Below the pieces are notes generated by a model. That model saw nothing but the letters and a program-made list of their open reading frames with translations, was not told the DNA's origin and did no database searches. Below are positions 31,142 to 42,401 of a stretch of 64,000 bases of DNA, one piece after another. The DNA is taken from the NCBI GenBank assembly GCA_965223905.1, contig CBDCXV010000011.1, forward strand, positions 2,112,001 to 2,176,000. Direction: 5' to 3'. Source of the DNA: Candidatus Latescibacterota bacterium. GTDB lineage: Bacteria; Latescibacterota; UBA2968; UBA8231. The first letter of the stretch is position 1. Each line of letters starts with the position of its first letter. The translations under genes were made by a program, and so were the position numbers.

Positions 31142-31849
31142 ATGCGCCCTTTCGTACGGCACCAGGTGGGCGGAGAAACGCCGGATTATCTGGTAATCGC
31201 GAGATCATCCAGACGAAATTGTCGCAAGGAGTGCAGAGCAGACAGCGAGAATTGGCCAGATCTCAAATTTGAGATCGACGCGGAGAGTCTGCCGGATGTG
31301 CCAGGAATGATGCTGGTTGTAGTCGAAGCGCTTAAGGATTTGGGCGGATCGGCCACCATCCGGGAGCTCGACGAAAAGGTGATTGAGTTGGAGGGCGTGA
31401 CCGAAACCGAGCAAGCTTTCACTCTGTCACGCGACGAAAACCGGACGCGAGTGAACTTCTACCTCGCCTGGGCTCGCACCTACCTCAAACGCGGCAATGC
31501 GCTGGTGAACTCTTCGCGCGGGGTCTGGGCGCTGACTGAAAGTGGCGCGGCGATCACGGGGCTCCACGAAACCCGTGAGATCTATGAAAAGGTCACGCTG
31601 GAAGAGCGTGAACGGGCACGGGCTAAGCGGCAAGCTGCATTACAGGGGCGAGCAGACAAGGGCCTGTTCATAACCACTGGCCATTTCTCGAATCAAGCGT
31701 CAGACGAAGCCACCCGTGACGGCGCGATTGCGATTGACCTTATAGACGGGAATCGCCTCTGCGATTTGCTTAAGGAAAACCGCCTTGGTGTGAAGACAAA
31801 GAGGATCGAGCGTGTGCGTATCCAGTCGAATTGGTTCGAGAATATTTAG
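31142..31849 (+). pseudogene. Mrr-family restriction endonuclease with catalytic core deleted
   Basis: Mrr N-terminal wHTH (ALKDLGGSA..., WARTYLK..., SRGVWALT) joined directly to the C-terminal GRADKGLFITTG..IDLIDG; the IDG...QxK segment is absent; start uncertain. Confidence 0.8.
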
Positions 31850-32208
31850 CTAGCATCGCCACAGGGTTTTTCGATACGTTACTCCGCCGCCGTCCGCGTA
31901 CGGAGGCAGGATCGATACGACGCCGGACCCGAGTGTCAGGGTGTATTTTGGTGTATAATCGCCAGCAAACTGAGAGCTGCGGGAAGAGGGTACAGGAACG
32001 CTGCAGGCTGCCGGTTCGCGCCCCGATTACCTTCCGGATTTCTGCCGACAACACGGGCGCTGCAGACTATTGACATACAGAGGCGAATGCCAAGCCTTCG
32101 ACCCCCGGAACCAATTCACATTCACTACGTTGCGGCGAGGGCTTTCCGCCTTCAGCCCGAGCCCGCAACACCTCCAACTACAGCACCAAAATGGAGCCAG
32201 GAGCAGAC

Positions 32209-32580
32209 ATGCCGGCCTATTCCCTGAATCACGTGCACCACGAGTCCACCGACGTCCATGCCGCCGCGGACTGGTACGTCCGGATGTTCGACGCCACCGC
32301 GGACGAGCCGTTCGAGCGCGGCGGAGCCACCTGGCTGCGGGTCCACATCGGCGAGGTCACGGTGACGATCACCGACCGCGATTTCTCCGCCATGGAGCTG
32401 GGCCGCTACCAGGGGTTCGATCACTTCGGGCTCGACACCGACGACTTCGACGCCACCCTGGCACGGATCGAAGCTGCCGGCGTCGACATCTGGGCCGGCC
32501 CCCTCGAGGCCGAGGGGATGCGCATCGTCTTCATCAACGGGCCCGACAACGTCAAGATCGAGCTGATGGAGAAGAAGTGA
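32209..32580 (+). CDS. VOC/glyoxalase-family protein
   Basis: LNHVHH, DHFGL, FINGPDNVKIEL; AGGAG RBS. Confidence 0.9.
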   Translation: MPAYSLNHVHHESTDVHAAADWYVRMFDATADEPFERGGATWLRVHIGEVTVTITDRDFSAMELGRYQGFDHFGLDTDDFDATLARIEAAGVDIWAGPLEAEGMRIVFINGPDNVKIELMEKK

Positions 32581-32609
32581 CCGCTCCTTTTCGCACAAGC
32601 GCCTGATTC

Positions 32610-34049
<1,440 letters not shown>

Positions 34050-34054
34050 ACCCG

Positions 34055-37000
34055 CTACCTCAGCAGGGAGATCTTCCTCCCCTCGCTGAAGTCCCCGGCC
34101 CGCAGCTCGATGAAATAGACGCCGCTGGCCGCCCTGTTTCCCGAATCGTCGAGCCCGTTCCAGTAGACGGCGTGGCTGCCCGCCTCGAGGTCGGCGGAGA
34201 CCAGGGCGCGCACCAGACTTCCGCGCAGGTCGTAGACCCGCAGCTCGGCGCGCGCCCGCCGGGGCAGGTCGAAGCGCAGGTGGGTGCGGCTGTTGAAGGG
34301 GTTGGGCCAGCCCTGGTGGAGGGCGAAGCGCTCGGGAAGCCCGTCAGCGGACGCTTCCACCGCGGTATCATGGCGGGGTTCGCTGGTCAGGAAGAGGCGC
34401 CAGTCGACCTCCCCTTCGAACAGGGCCGCGATGGCGGTGCTGTCGGCCGTTCCCCAGTAGTTCCCCCGGGCATTCACCGGCAGCCCGGACTCGTTGACGA
34501 TGGCGGCGCGGTTGTTGACGAAGGAGTTGCCGGTGATTTCCCCGGGCACCCGGGAGCCGCTGATGGCCACCGCGGTGAGGTTGTTCTCGAACCGGTTGTC
34601 GATCAGCCCCGGCGCCGAATCGACCGACTCCACCCCGAAGGAGCCGTTGCGGAAGATCGAGTTGCGCGCCGTCAGACCCTGGACTCCGGTCAGCGCCATC
34701 CCCGAGCTGCTGGCGAAATCGCTCATGTCGATCAGCCCGGTTGCGCCGCCGCTCAGCACCAGCCCGGTGCCGACGTTGTCTTCGAACAGGGTCGTCCAGA
34801 CCTCCATGCGGGAATCGGCGAAGACGGCGCCGTGGCCGATGTTGCGGGAGACGACCACGTCCTCGAACACCATTCGGGCCAGGCCGCTGGCGAGAATCCC
34901 GTTCCTGCGATTGCCCGTGATCTCGCAGCCGTGCAGCTCGACCTCCCCCTCCCACGGGTCGAGCTGCAACCCGTGCAGGGTGCTGCCGGTGACCGTGCAC
35001 TTCCACAGCTCGATCTTCTGCCCCCGCCCCCCGATCGCCAGCAGGCCGGAGCGCGGGTCCTCCTCGTCGAGCTGCCCCGACGACACGATCCTCGTCGAGA
35101 TCGCCTGCAGGTTGCTGTTGCCCAGCGAGATCCCCTCCCAGCCGATGTTCTCGATGACGCTGTTGCGCACCCGCACCAGTCCGGTTCCCGAGGCCCGCAG
35201 CGCGTTTCCAGCGACATCCTTCAGGGTCGACCCGTCGATCGTCAGCTCGCCGAGCACGAACAGGTTGATGCCGTGGACGGTTCGCCGAACGGTCAAATTC
35301 TCCAAGTGGGCCCGCCCCTTGCCGGAAACCTCCCCGGTCAGCGCGAAGCCGCTCTGACTGATCTCGAGATGGGAGGCCTCCATTACCCCGTCCGCTTCCA
35401 ACACAAGCCCGTACCACAGTGAATCGCTCGACGGCGAGTCGACGGTGAGCTTCACCGGGCCGGCGGGGGTGCCGGCTATCTTCAGGCTGCCTTTGACCAC
35501 GAGCTCGGTCAGCCCCGGGTTCTCCCCCCGCCCGGAGAGGTCGCTTGGCGCGAAGCGCACGGTCGCGCCGCTGTCGATCACCAGCTCGGAAGCCGGCGAG
35601 ACGTGGACGTCCCAGGGCAGAATGCGGTCCTGCGACCAGGTGGTCACCCCGGCCGGCAGCCGCTGCCGCACGAGCCCGTAGCGCGAGTTCTCGACCAGCA
35701 GCCCGCCCGCGGCCGCCGCCTCCTCCACCCCCCCGGAGCGGCCCGTCATCAGGAGCAGGCCGAGCCAGTCGCCGGAGCGCGGCCGCTCCTCGGCCGACTC
35801 GAAGACCACCGGGTCTGCTGAATCGCCGAGCACCTCGAGCTCGCCGTAGACGATCATCTCGCCGAGGCCGCGGTCGAAGCCCGCGGAGCGGCTGTCGCCG
35901 CGTTTGAAGCGCACCCGCGTGCCGGCATCCAGGACCAGGCGCACCCCCGGTTCGACGACGACGTCGCCGTCGACCTCGACCTTCCCGGACCAGGTGGCGT
36001 CGGCCGACACGTTCCCCTCCACGGGCTGGCGCACGAGGATGTCGAGGCCCATGCGGCCGCCGCCGAGGTCGCGGATGTTCTCGATGGCGATGCCGAGGGG
36101 CACGCCGCGCTCGAAGCGGGCGTGGGCCCGCAGGCCGGGATTGGTGGTCAGGTCGGCGCGCTCGAAGCGGTCGCCGTCGAAGGGATCGGTGGCGTCCCCG
36201 CGGTTGCCGTTGTGGTCGCTGGCGTAGGTCTCGTCACGGGCCCAGAAATCGAGGTTGTCGCGGCCGCCGAAACGGTCCGGTTGCTCGCCGGGGTAGCCGC
36301 GGTCGGCGAACAGTCCGTCGGCGCAGACGAGGTCGACCTGCTTGTGGCGCTCCTCGTCGTTGTCCGCCCCCTCGTCGACGTGCCAGACCAGCAGCCCCCC
36401 CGCGGGTATGTTGCGGTTGTAGAAGCTGCCGGAGTTCTGGCGGTTCTCGATCAGGAAGTACTCCTCCTCGGAGACCGGGATCCGGTACACGGACCCGCCG
36501 CGGTCGATCTGCTCCATCTCGAGGCCGCGCAGCGATTCGGTGACTCCGACGAGGTTCCCGTTCTCCTTGCCGAGCCAGCCCAGCTGCCCCAGCGACCAGG
36601 CGCTGAAGGGGTTGGGGCCGTCCTCGACGCCCCAACCGAGGGTGCCCAGCCCCATCAGTCCCCACTTGCCGATCCCGGCGCCGTCGAGCCCCCAGTCGAT
36701 CTCCCTGCCGAGAAGCACCGTCGATTGATCGAACAGGTCGGGAAGCCCGAGCACGTGGGCGAACTCGTGGCACATGGTCGCCGAGGTCACGGAGAAGACG
36801 TGGCCCCGCTGGGTGGTGCCCCCGAAGCCGGAGAAACGGCCGCGCACGCGGATGTATCCCCCGCCGGCGGCCGGGTCGTCGCTGATGAAGTCGGTGTCGA
36901 ACCCGAGGGTGGCCAGCCCGGTCGCCGTCCGCAACAGGAAGTTCACCGGCACGGTGAGCAGGTTGATGAAGACGACGTCGACGTAGCCGTCGTCGTCCCC

Positions 37001-37642
37001 GGAATTCGGTACCCCGTCGGGGCCGTCGTTGTCGAAGCTGCCCATGTCGACGTCGGCGTCGGCCTGGGTCAGGATCTCGAGGTTGAAGCGCGGGTAGTCG
37101 CCGGAGGCCCCTCCCTCTTCGGGCAGGTAGGACGCGGCCTCGTCCAGGGAGCTGTAACGCTTCGGCAGAACCTCCCCCCGCACCCGCAGCTGGCCGCGCG
37201 ACATCTCGTCGTAGAAGTGGGTGAAGCTGCCGGGCACGCCGGCGTCGAAAAGGTCGTCGGCCCAGGAGGGCTTGGCGTCGGCGCCGTCCGCCTCGCCGCG
37301 GAACTTGGCGAAGATCACCAGGGCGTTGAAGGTCCCCGTTACGGTGCCGCGGCTGTCCGGCAGCGTTGCCCGGCTGGCGCTCGAGGCGCCGGCCCGCTTG
37401 GCAATGGCGCGGCGCGGCGTCTGCGCGAGAAGAGGGGGCCCCGCGGAAAACCCGGAGAGAGGTTCCCCGGGCGAATACACTTCCCCGGTGCCGCCGCAGA
37501 CGACGACCCCTTCGGGGATCAGCTCCACTTCGGACGCGCTGCCGGCGTAGCCGTCGCCGGGGCCGAGCCAGGCGAGCAGCGAGACCGCCGCGGCCGCCAG
37601 GGCGCGGCGGCCCGCGGCTACGGGCAAGGCGTCTTGCGGCAT
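34055..37642 (-). CDS. Second secreted M6 metalloprotease + beta-helix + FlgD/T9SS-type tail
   Basis: Signal peptide after MPQDALP; CHEFAHVLGLPDLF, FDNDGPDGVPNSGDDDG, NYWG, WPNPFN...KISLLR; start overlaps the pafA 3' end. Confidence 0.88.
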   Translation of the reverse strand: MPQDALPVAAGRRALAAAAVSLLAWLGPGDGYAGSASEVELIPEGVVVCGGTGEVYSPGEPLSGFSAGPPLLAQTPRRAIAKRAGASSASRATLPDSRGTVTGTFNALVIFAKFRGEADGADAKPSWADDLFDAGVPGSFTHFYDEMSRGQLRVRGEVLPKRYSSLDEAASYLPEEGGASGDYPRFNLEILTQADADVDMGSFDNDGPDGVPNSGDDDGYVDVVFINLLTVPVNFLLRTATGLATLGFDTDFISDDPAAGGGYIRVRGRFSGFGGTTQRGHVFSVTSATMCHEFAHVLGLPDLFDQSTVLLGREIDWGLDGAGIGKWGLMGLGTLGWGVEDGPNPFSAWSLGQLGWLGKENGNLVGVTESLRGLEMEQIDRGGSVYRIPVSEEEYFLIENRQNSGSFYNRNIPAGGLLVWHVDEGADNDEERHKQVDLVCADGLFADRGYPGEQPDRFGGRDNLDFWARDETYASDHNGNRGDATDPFDGDRFERADLTTNPGLRAHARFERGVPLGIAIENIRDLGGGRMGLDILVRQPVEGNVSADATWSGKVEVDGDVVVEPGVRLVLDAGTRVRFKRGDSRSAGFDRGLGEMIVYGELEVLGDSADPVVFESAEERPRSGDWLGLLLMTGRSGGVEEAAAAGGLLVENSRYGLVRQRLPAGVTTWSQDRILPWDVHVSPASELVIDSGATVRFAPSDLSGRGENPGLTELVVKGSLKIAGTPAGPVKLTVDSPSSDSLWYGLVLEADGVMEASHLEISQSGFALTGEVSGKGRAHLENLTVRRTVHGINLFVLGELTIDGSTLKDVAGNALRASGTGLVRVRNSVIENIGWEGISLGNSNLQAISTRIVSSGQLDEEDPRSGLLAIGGRGQKIELWKCTVTGSTLHGLQLDPWEGEVELHGCEITGNRRNGILASGLARMVFEDVVVSRNIGHGAVFADSRMEVWTTLFEDNVGTGLVLSGGATGLIDMSDFASSSGMALTGVQGLTARNSIFRNGSFGVESVDSAPGLIDNRFENNLTAVAISGSRVPGEITGNSFVNNRAAIVNESGLPVNARGNYWGTADSTAIAALFEGEVDWRLFLTSEPRHDTAVEASADGLPERFALHQGWPNPFNSRTHLRFDLPRRARAELRVYDLRGSLVRALVSADLEAGSHAVYWNGLDDSGNRAASGVYFIELRAGDFSEGRKISLLR

Positions 37643-39033
37643 TCGGCGATGAACTCGGAAGCCTCGAAATCGTAGGTTCGGAACGGGTCGTCGAGGTTGA
37701 GGTACATCTCGTCCTCGACGTAGATCGAGTCCCAGTCGATGACGTAGCGGGCCTTGTGATCGGTCAGCTCGCGCATCACCGCGGAGCGCGCCCGCGCCCG
37801 GGTGTCCTGCGGCGGCGTCACGATCGCCCGGTTCACCATTTCGTCGGAGACCACCTTCCTGACGATCCCCTGCTTCCGGAGGTCGAAGTAGAGCCCCCTG
37901 CCGGGGTTGAGGTTGTGGTACTCGAGGTCGAGGCTCTGGACCCAGGTGTCCTGCCAGTCGAGCTGCTCTTCCTCCATGAACGACTCGAGGAGCCATTTCT
38001 TCGTCACCCAGTCGACGCGGTCGACGAGCGCCATCGGGTCGTGGACGAGGGCGTCGAGCACCAAGCGCCACTCGTCGAGGACCCAGTCCGCCTCGCTGTC
38101 GAGGCCGCGCAGGTAGCGCTCGGCGAGCTCGAGGTACTGGTACTGGATCTCGCTCGCCGTCGTGTACCTGCCGTCCTCGAGCTGGACCTCCCAGCGGTAC
38201 TCGAGGTCGCGGGAGATCTCGCGGATCGCCTGCACCGGGTCGAGGAGCTTGACGTCGGGGACGATGCGCTCCTCGAGCAGCTCGAGCATCAGGGCGGTGG
38301 TGCCGACCTTCAGCGCCGTCGCGTACTCCGACATGTTCGAGTCGCCGACCAGGAGATGCAGGCGGCGGTAGAGGCCCCAGTCCGCCAGCGGCTCGTCGCG
38401 GGTGTTGATGATCGCGCGGCTGAACTGGATCCACTGGTAGATCTCGGTGACGATGTGGTCGGCGCGCTGGGAGATCTGGTAGGGGACCTCGCGGTCCTCG
38501 CCGCCGCCGCCGTACTCGAAGATGTCGGTGTGGCAGCCGACCCGTCCGGACCCGGCGTAGATCTGGCGGCTGACGAAGAAGGGCAGGATCGCCGGCAGCA
38601 GGACCTGGGCGAAGGGGACATCGCGGCGCACGAGGTAGTTCTCGTGGCAGCCGAAGGTCGCGCCGGTGTAGTGGTCGATGTTGTTCTTGAAGAACGACGC
38701 GTCGTCGGCCAGCCCCAGCTGGTCGAGGGCCCGCTGCACCATCAGCTCGCCGGCGCGGTCCGCGGCGACGAGATCGAACAGGCCGCGGCATTCCGGGGTC
38801 GCGTACTCGACGTGACCCATGTCGATGTACATCCTGCCGCCGTTGAACAGGAAGCCGCCGTTGCCCGGCGGCTCGTCGCGGCCGCGGTAGTGGATGTCGA
38901 CGATGCCGAGACCCTCGCGGTAGAAGACGCAGTCCTTGGTCTTCACCGAGATGAAATCCGGACTGAGGAAGGGGTCCGAATCCGGGGGCATGCAACCGAA
39001 TTCGATTTCGAGTCCGTATATGCGGTTGCGCAT
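37618..39033 (-). CDS. pafA: PafA-like (Pup/UBact-protein) ligase
   Basis: GLEIEFG, NGGRMYID.GHVEYATPEC, FKNNID, GCHENY, NTRDEP, RRLHLLVGDSNMSE, DLEYH. Confidence 0.9.
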   Translation of the reverse strand: MRNRIYGLEIEFGCMPPDSDPFLSPDFISVKTKDCVFYREGLGIVDIHYRGRDEPPGNGGFLFNGGRMYIDMGHVEYATPECRGLFDLVAADRAGELMVQRALDQLGLADDASFFKNNIDHYTGATFGCHENYLVRRDVPFAQVLLPAILPFFVSRQIYAGSGRVGCHTDIFEYGGGGEDREVPYQISQRADHIVTEIYQWIQFSRAIINTRDEPLADWGLYRRLHLLVGDSNMSEYATALKVGTTALMLELLEERIVPDVKLLDPVQAIREISRDLEYRWEVQLEDGRYTTASEIQYQYLELAERYLRGLDSEADWVLDEWRLVLDALVHDPMALVDRVDWVTKKWLLESFMEEEQLDWQDTWVQSLDLEYHNLNPGRGLYFDLRKQGIVRKVVSDEMVNRAIVTPPQDTRARARSAVMRELTDHKARYVIDWDSIYVEDEMYLNLDDPFRTYDFEASEFIAECRKTPCP

Positions 39034-39053
39034 CTGACTTGCCGGGAGCCGGC

Positions 39054-39815
39054 CTACTGCGCGAACCGGCCCAGGGCCTCTTCGAGCTCGGCCGGCGGCA
39101 ACAGGCGGAACTTCGATTTCGTCGGCAGGGTGCGGTCGAGCACGGCGACTTCGATCCGCTGGCCGCCGTCGAGGGCCGTGGCGACGCTCTCGGAGATCTC
39201 GCCGGCGGTCGGTTCCCCGGTGCGCCCGGGTTCGCCGTAGAGCCGCCCCACCGCCCAGGTCTCGAGGGCGCGCTCCAGGGCCTCCTGCAGAGCGGGAGCC
39301 TCGGGCTCCGCGGTGGCGTGCCGGGCCATGGCGTCGCGGCTTTCCGCGGTGCCCGCGACCGCGGCCGCGGCCCCGGAGGCGGCGAACGATCCGTCGGCGT
39401 CCACGGTGTAGAAGGCCTCGCGCCCGGCTCCGGCATCGAGCTCGGCGACGAGAACGCGGGCGATGAAGGGAGAGTGGAAGATCTCGTCGAAGGCGGTCTT
39501 CATCAACGGCCCGATGCCGAAGCTGACCAGCCGCTGCAGGGAGACGTCGCGGGCCGAGAGGTTGAAAGCCTCGACGTGGGCTATGTCGATGACGGCCTTG
39601 CGCAGCTTTTCGATGTCGGCCGGGTGGCCGATGGCGGCGAAGGCGACCTGGTTGTAGACCTCGAACAGCTTGCGCGGACCCGGGGTCGTGGTCAGCAGCA
39701 GGACGCCGTCGGCGAAGAGAGAGCCGACAACCGGGCTGGCGGACTTGAGCTGGTCCTCGAGGTACTCGCGGCGATTGCGGATCGCCTCGACCCAGCGGTA
39801 GGGTTCATCGAGCAT
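39054..39815 (-). CDS. prcA: 20S proteasome alpha subunit
   Basis: Ntn-hydrolase-like sequence, KLFEVYNQVAFAAIG, EVAVLDR; lies between prcB and pafA. Confidence 0.88.
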   Translation of the reverse strand: MLDEPYRWVEAIRNRREYLEDQLKSASPVVGSLFADGVLLLTTTPGPRKLFEVYNQVAFAAIGHPADIEKLRKAVIDIAHVEAFNLSARDVSLQRLVSFGIGPLMKTAFDEIFHSPFIARVLVAELDAGAGREAFYTVDADGSFAASGAAAAVAGTAESRDAMARHATAEPEAPALQEALERALETWAVGRLYGEPGRTGEPTAGEISESVATALDGGQRIEVAVLDRTLPTKSKFRLLPPAELEEALGRFAQ

Positions 39816-39818
39816 GGG

Positions 39819-40586
39819 CTAGCGGAGCGTCTCGTACAGCGCCTGCAGTTCCGGTTCGGCGACCGCCTCGACGCCCGCGGCGGTGACGCGCATGACTTGG
39901 GGGAAGATCCGCGCGACCGGTTTGTAGCCGCCGGTTGCGGTGTCGTACTCGGCCGCGGTTTCGAGCATCCTCAGGATCAGCGAGAGGGATTCTTCCGCTT
40001 CCATTTCGGCCAGCGGCCTTTCCCCCCACCGGTTCAGGTAGTAGAGGGCGCCGCGGATGACCTGGGATCCCGACCCGGTGGTGCAGAAGTCGACGGACTC
40101 GAAGGTGGCCCCGAGAACGTCGTAGAAGAAGATCTTGCCGCCGCCGGGACCGCTGTCGTCGAAAGTCGCGTAGATCGGCACCACGGCGCCGATTCCCTGA
40201 AGGGCCATGGGCAGGTTCTCGCGCATCAGCCGCGACAGGGTTCTCAGCCTGCCGTCGAGGCTCATCTCCTGCAGCTGCGAGCGCCGGTAGTGCTGGAAGG
40301 AGGTCTCGAGCATGCGCGCGATCTCGTAGGCGTTGGCCGGCGAGCCCGACAGCGCCAGCACCGACCCGTCGTCGACCGGAAGGACCTTTTCGGCGCGGTC
40401 GTAGATCACGGTGTTGCCCATGGTCGCGCGGCGGTCGCCGGCGACGAGGACGCCGTCGCGGCAGCGCAGCGCGAGAATGGTGGTGCCTTCGGTCGACTCG
40501 ACCGCGGCTTCGGCGCCGCCAGCCGGCGGCGCCTCGGGCAGCTGCCCGTTCTGCTTCAGGAGATTGAGGAAATCGGTGTGTTCCAA
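39819..40586 (-). CDS. prcB: 20S proteasome beta subunit with propeptide
   Basis: Processing site EG/TTILA, AGDRRATMGN, TGSGS, AAEYDTATGG; TTG start inferred. Confidence 0.92.
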   Translation of the reverse strand: MEHTDFLNLLKQNGQLPEAPPAGGAEAAVESTEGTTILALRCRDGVLVAGDRRATMGNTVIYDRAEKVLPVDDGSVLALSGSPANAYEIARMLETSFQHYRRSQLQEMSLDGRLRTLSRLMRENLPMALQGIGAVVPIYATFDDSGPGGGKIFFYDVLGATFESVDFCTTGSGSQVIRGALYYLNRWGERPLAEMEAEESLSLILRMLETAAEYDTATGGYKPVARIFPQVMRVTAAGVEAVAEPELQALYETLR

Positions 40587-40677
40587 GGCGATGGCCCTGT
40601 GCGGCGGCGTCCGGCCGGCGCTGCCGCCCTGCTGCGGGCCGCGCCCTGGTGGCCTGTCCCGGGAGGGGACGCCGGAC

Positions 40678-40854
40678 TCACTCGCCCGTGCGCTGGCGGT
40701 AGCGGCGGGCCTGGTTCGGGTCGACCTTGCGCATGCGGCGCAGCAGGTCGTCGGTGTCCGGCCGTTCCACCTTGGGGCGGCGGGGTCCTGGATCGTCGCC
40801 GTCACCGCCGCCGCCGTCCATGGGCCTGGTCGGCCGCGGCGCCCGGTCGCGCAT
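40678..40854 (-). CDS. ubact: Ubiquitin-like protein UBact
   Basis: 58-aa low-complexity protein ending LLRRMRKVDPNQARRYRQRTGE, the UBact R[T/S]G[E/Q] terminus; between dop and prcB. Confidence 0.92.
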   Translation of the reverse strand: MRDRAPRPTRPMDGGGGDGDDPGPRRPKVERPDTDDLLRRMRKVDPNQARRYRQRTGE

Positions 40855-40855
40855 T

Positions 40856-42400
40856 TCAACTGACCGCATGGTGCATCTCCTCGAGCTGGGTTATCAACTC
40901 CGACACGCTGTCGGCCTCTTCCAAGACCGCAGTAAAGGTAGCCGCCGTCTCCCTCTCGACACAACCCTTCAGGTCGACCGTCTCGACCCTGCCGCCGACG
41001 GCGAACTCGATGCTGTCCCAGTTCAGGGAGCGCACCTCGGCGCCGAATTTCTGCAGGCAGCGGCCGCGAAAAGCGGCGCGCGTCGCCTCGGGGGCGTCGA
41101 CCATGGCGCGCGCCACCTCGCCCTCGCTCACCAGCTGCCCGCCGTCGCCCTCCTCGGCGAGCAGCGGGAACAGTCCTTCCTCCGGATCGATGTTGTGGTA
41201 CTCGAGGTCCTGGCTCTGCAGCCAGGCGCGGTCGTCCGGGTCGCCCCAGTCGAGATCTTCTGCCTCGGCGAAGGCGTCGAGCATCCATTTCTTCGTCACC
41301 CAGTCGCACCGGCCCCTGAGCCGCATCGGGTCCTCGGCGAGCGCCTCCAGAGTCTCCTCCCAGGCGCCGAGCACCCAGTCGGTTTCGCCGTCTCTCCCCG
41401 CCGCCGCGGCCGCGGCGGCGTCGAGACAGGCGCGCTGGATCTCGAGCGCGGTGGTGGGCCGGCCGCCTTCGAGCTCGACCTCCCAGGCGCGCCGCTGATC
41501 CCGGGAGACCGCCTTTACCGCGCCGACCGGGTCGGCGAGGACGAGCGGCGGCAGCTGCCCGCGCTCGAGCAGTTCGAGAACGAGCAGCGCCGTGCCGGTC
41601 TTCAGGGCGGTGGCGAACTCCGACATGTTGGCGTCGCCGTTGATCAGGTGCAGGCGCCGGTAAAGGGCGGCGTCGGCGTGCGGCTCGTCGCGGGTGTTGA
41701 CCAGGGGCCGCCGCGTCATCGTGTCGACGCTGGCGATGCACTCGAAGAAATCGGAGCGCTGCGCCAGCTGAAACACCGCCTGGCCGGCGCCGCGGTCCGC
41801 TTCGACTCCGACCTTGCCGGCGCCGGCGAAGATCTGGCGCGTCACCAGGAACGGCAGCAGCCCGTCGATCACCTGCTGGAAGGGGATCTCGCGGCGCACG
41901 AGGTAGTTCTCGTGGCAGCCGTAGCTGTGGCCCTCGAAGTCGGTGTTGTTCTTGTAGAGGCGGACGGTGCCGCCGTCGCCGCGGGTCCCGGTGCGCCGGC
42001 GCGCGCACTGCAGCAGGATGCGCTCCCCGGCGCGGTCGAAGGCGACCAGGTCGCGCAGCGAGAAGACCTCGGGGGTCGAGTACTCCGGGTGGGTGTGATC
42101 GTTGTAGAGGCGCGCGCCGTTGGTGAGGATCAAGTCGCTCTTCAGCTCCTTCAGCGGGATGCGGCGGTCGCGGTCGCGCTGCAGGTGGTCGGCCTCGTCC
42201 TGGTCGTTGAGCAGCTCCTCGACCTCGAAACCGCGCGCATCGAGGCGCGGGTTCTCCAGCGCGTAATCCCAGCGGGCGACGAAGTCCTCGCGCAGGTAGC
42301 AGCGGATCAGCTCCATCGACTCGACGACGACGTCGAGCTTCCCCACGCCGTCGACCTGGATCCCGTACTCGGTTTCGAGACCGAACAGCCTGTCGCCCAA
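40856..42400 (-). CDS. dop: Dop-like depupylase/deamidase
   Basis: GLETEYGI, LTNGARLYNDHTHPEYSTPE, SYGCHENY, NTRDEPHAD, RRLHLINGDANMSE. Confidence 0.9.
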   Translation of the reverse strand: MGDRLFGLETEYGIQVDGVGKLDVVVESMELIRCYLREDFVARWDYALENPRLDARGFEVEELLNDQDEADHLQRDRDRRIPLKELKSDLILTNGARLYNDHTHPEYSTPEVFSLRDLVAFDRAGERILLQCARRRTGTRGDGGTVRLYKNNTDFEGHSYGCHENYLVRREIPFQQVIDGLLPFLVTRQIFAGAGKVGVEADRGAGQAVFQLAQRSDFFECIASVDTMTRRPLVNTRDEPHADAALYRRLHLINGDANMSEFATALKTGTALLVLELLERGQLPPLVLADPVGAVKAVSRDQRRAWEVELEGGRPTTALEIQRACLDAAAAAAAGRDGETDWVLGAWEETLEALAEDPMRLRGRCDWVTKKWMLDAFAEAEDLDWGDPDDRAWLQSQDLEYHNIDPEEGLFPLLAEEGDGGQLVSEGEVARAMVDAPEATRAAFRGRCLQKFGAEVRSLNWDSIEFAVGGRVETVDLKGCVERETAATFTAVLEEADSVSELITQLEEMHHAVS

Positions 42401-42401
42401 A

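Noticed and set aside
37643-39436. 1793-aa ORF suggesting a giant protease fusion
   Set aside because: The first ~598 codons are an Arg/Pro-rich alternative frame over pafA and prcA; a signal peptide begins at 37642
40678-40854. Calling the modifier Pup
   Set aside because: It ends RTGE rather than GGE/GGQ, matching UBact
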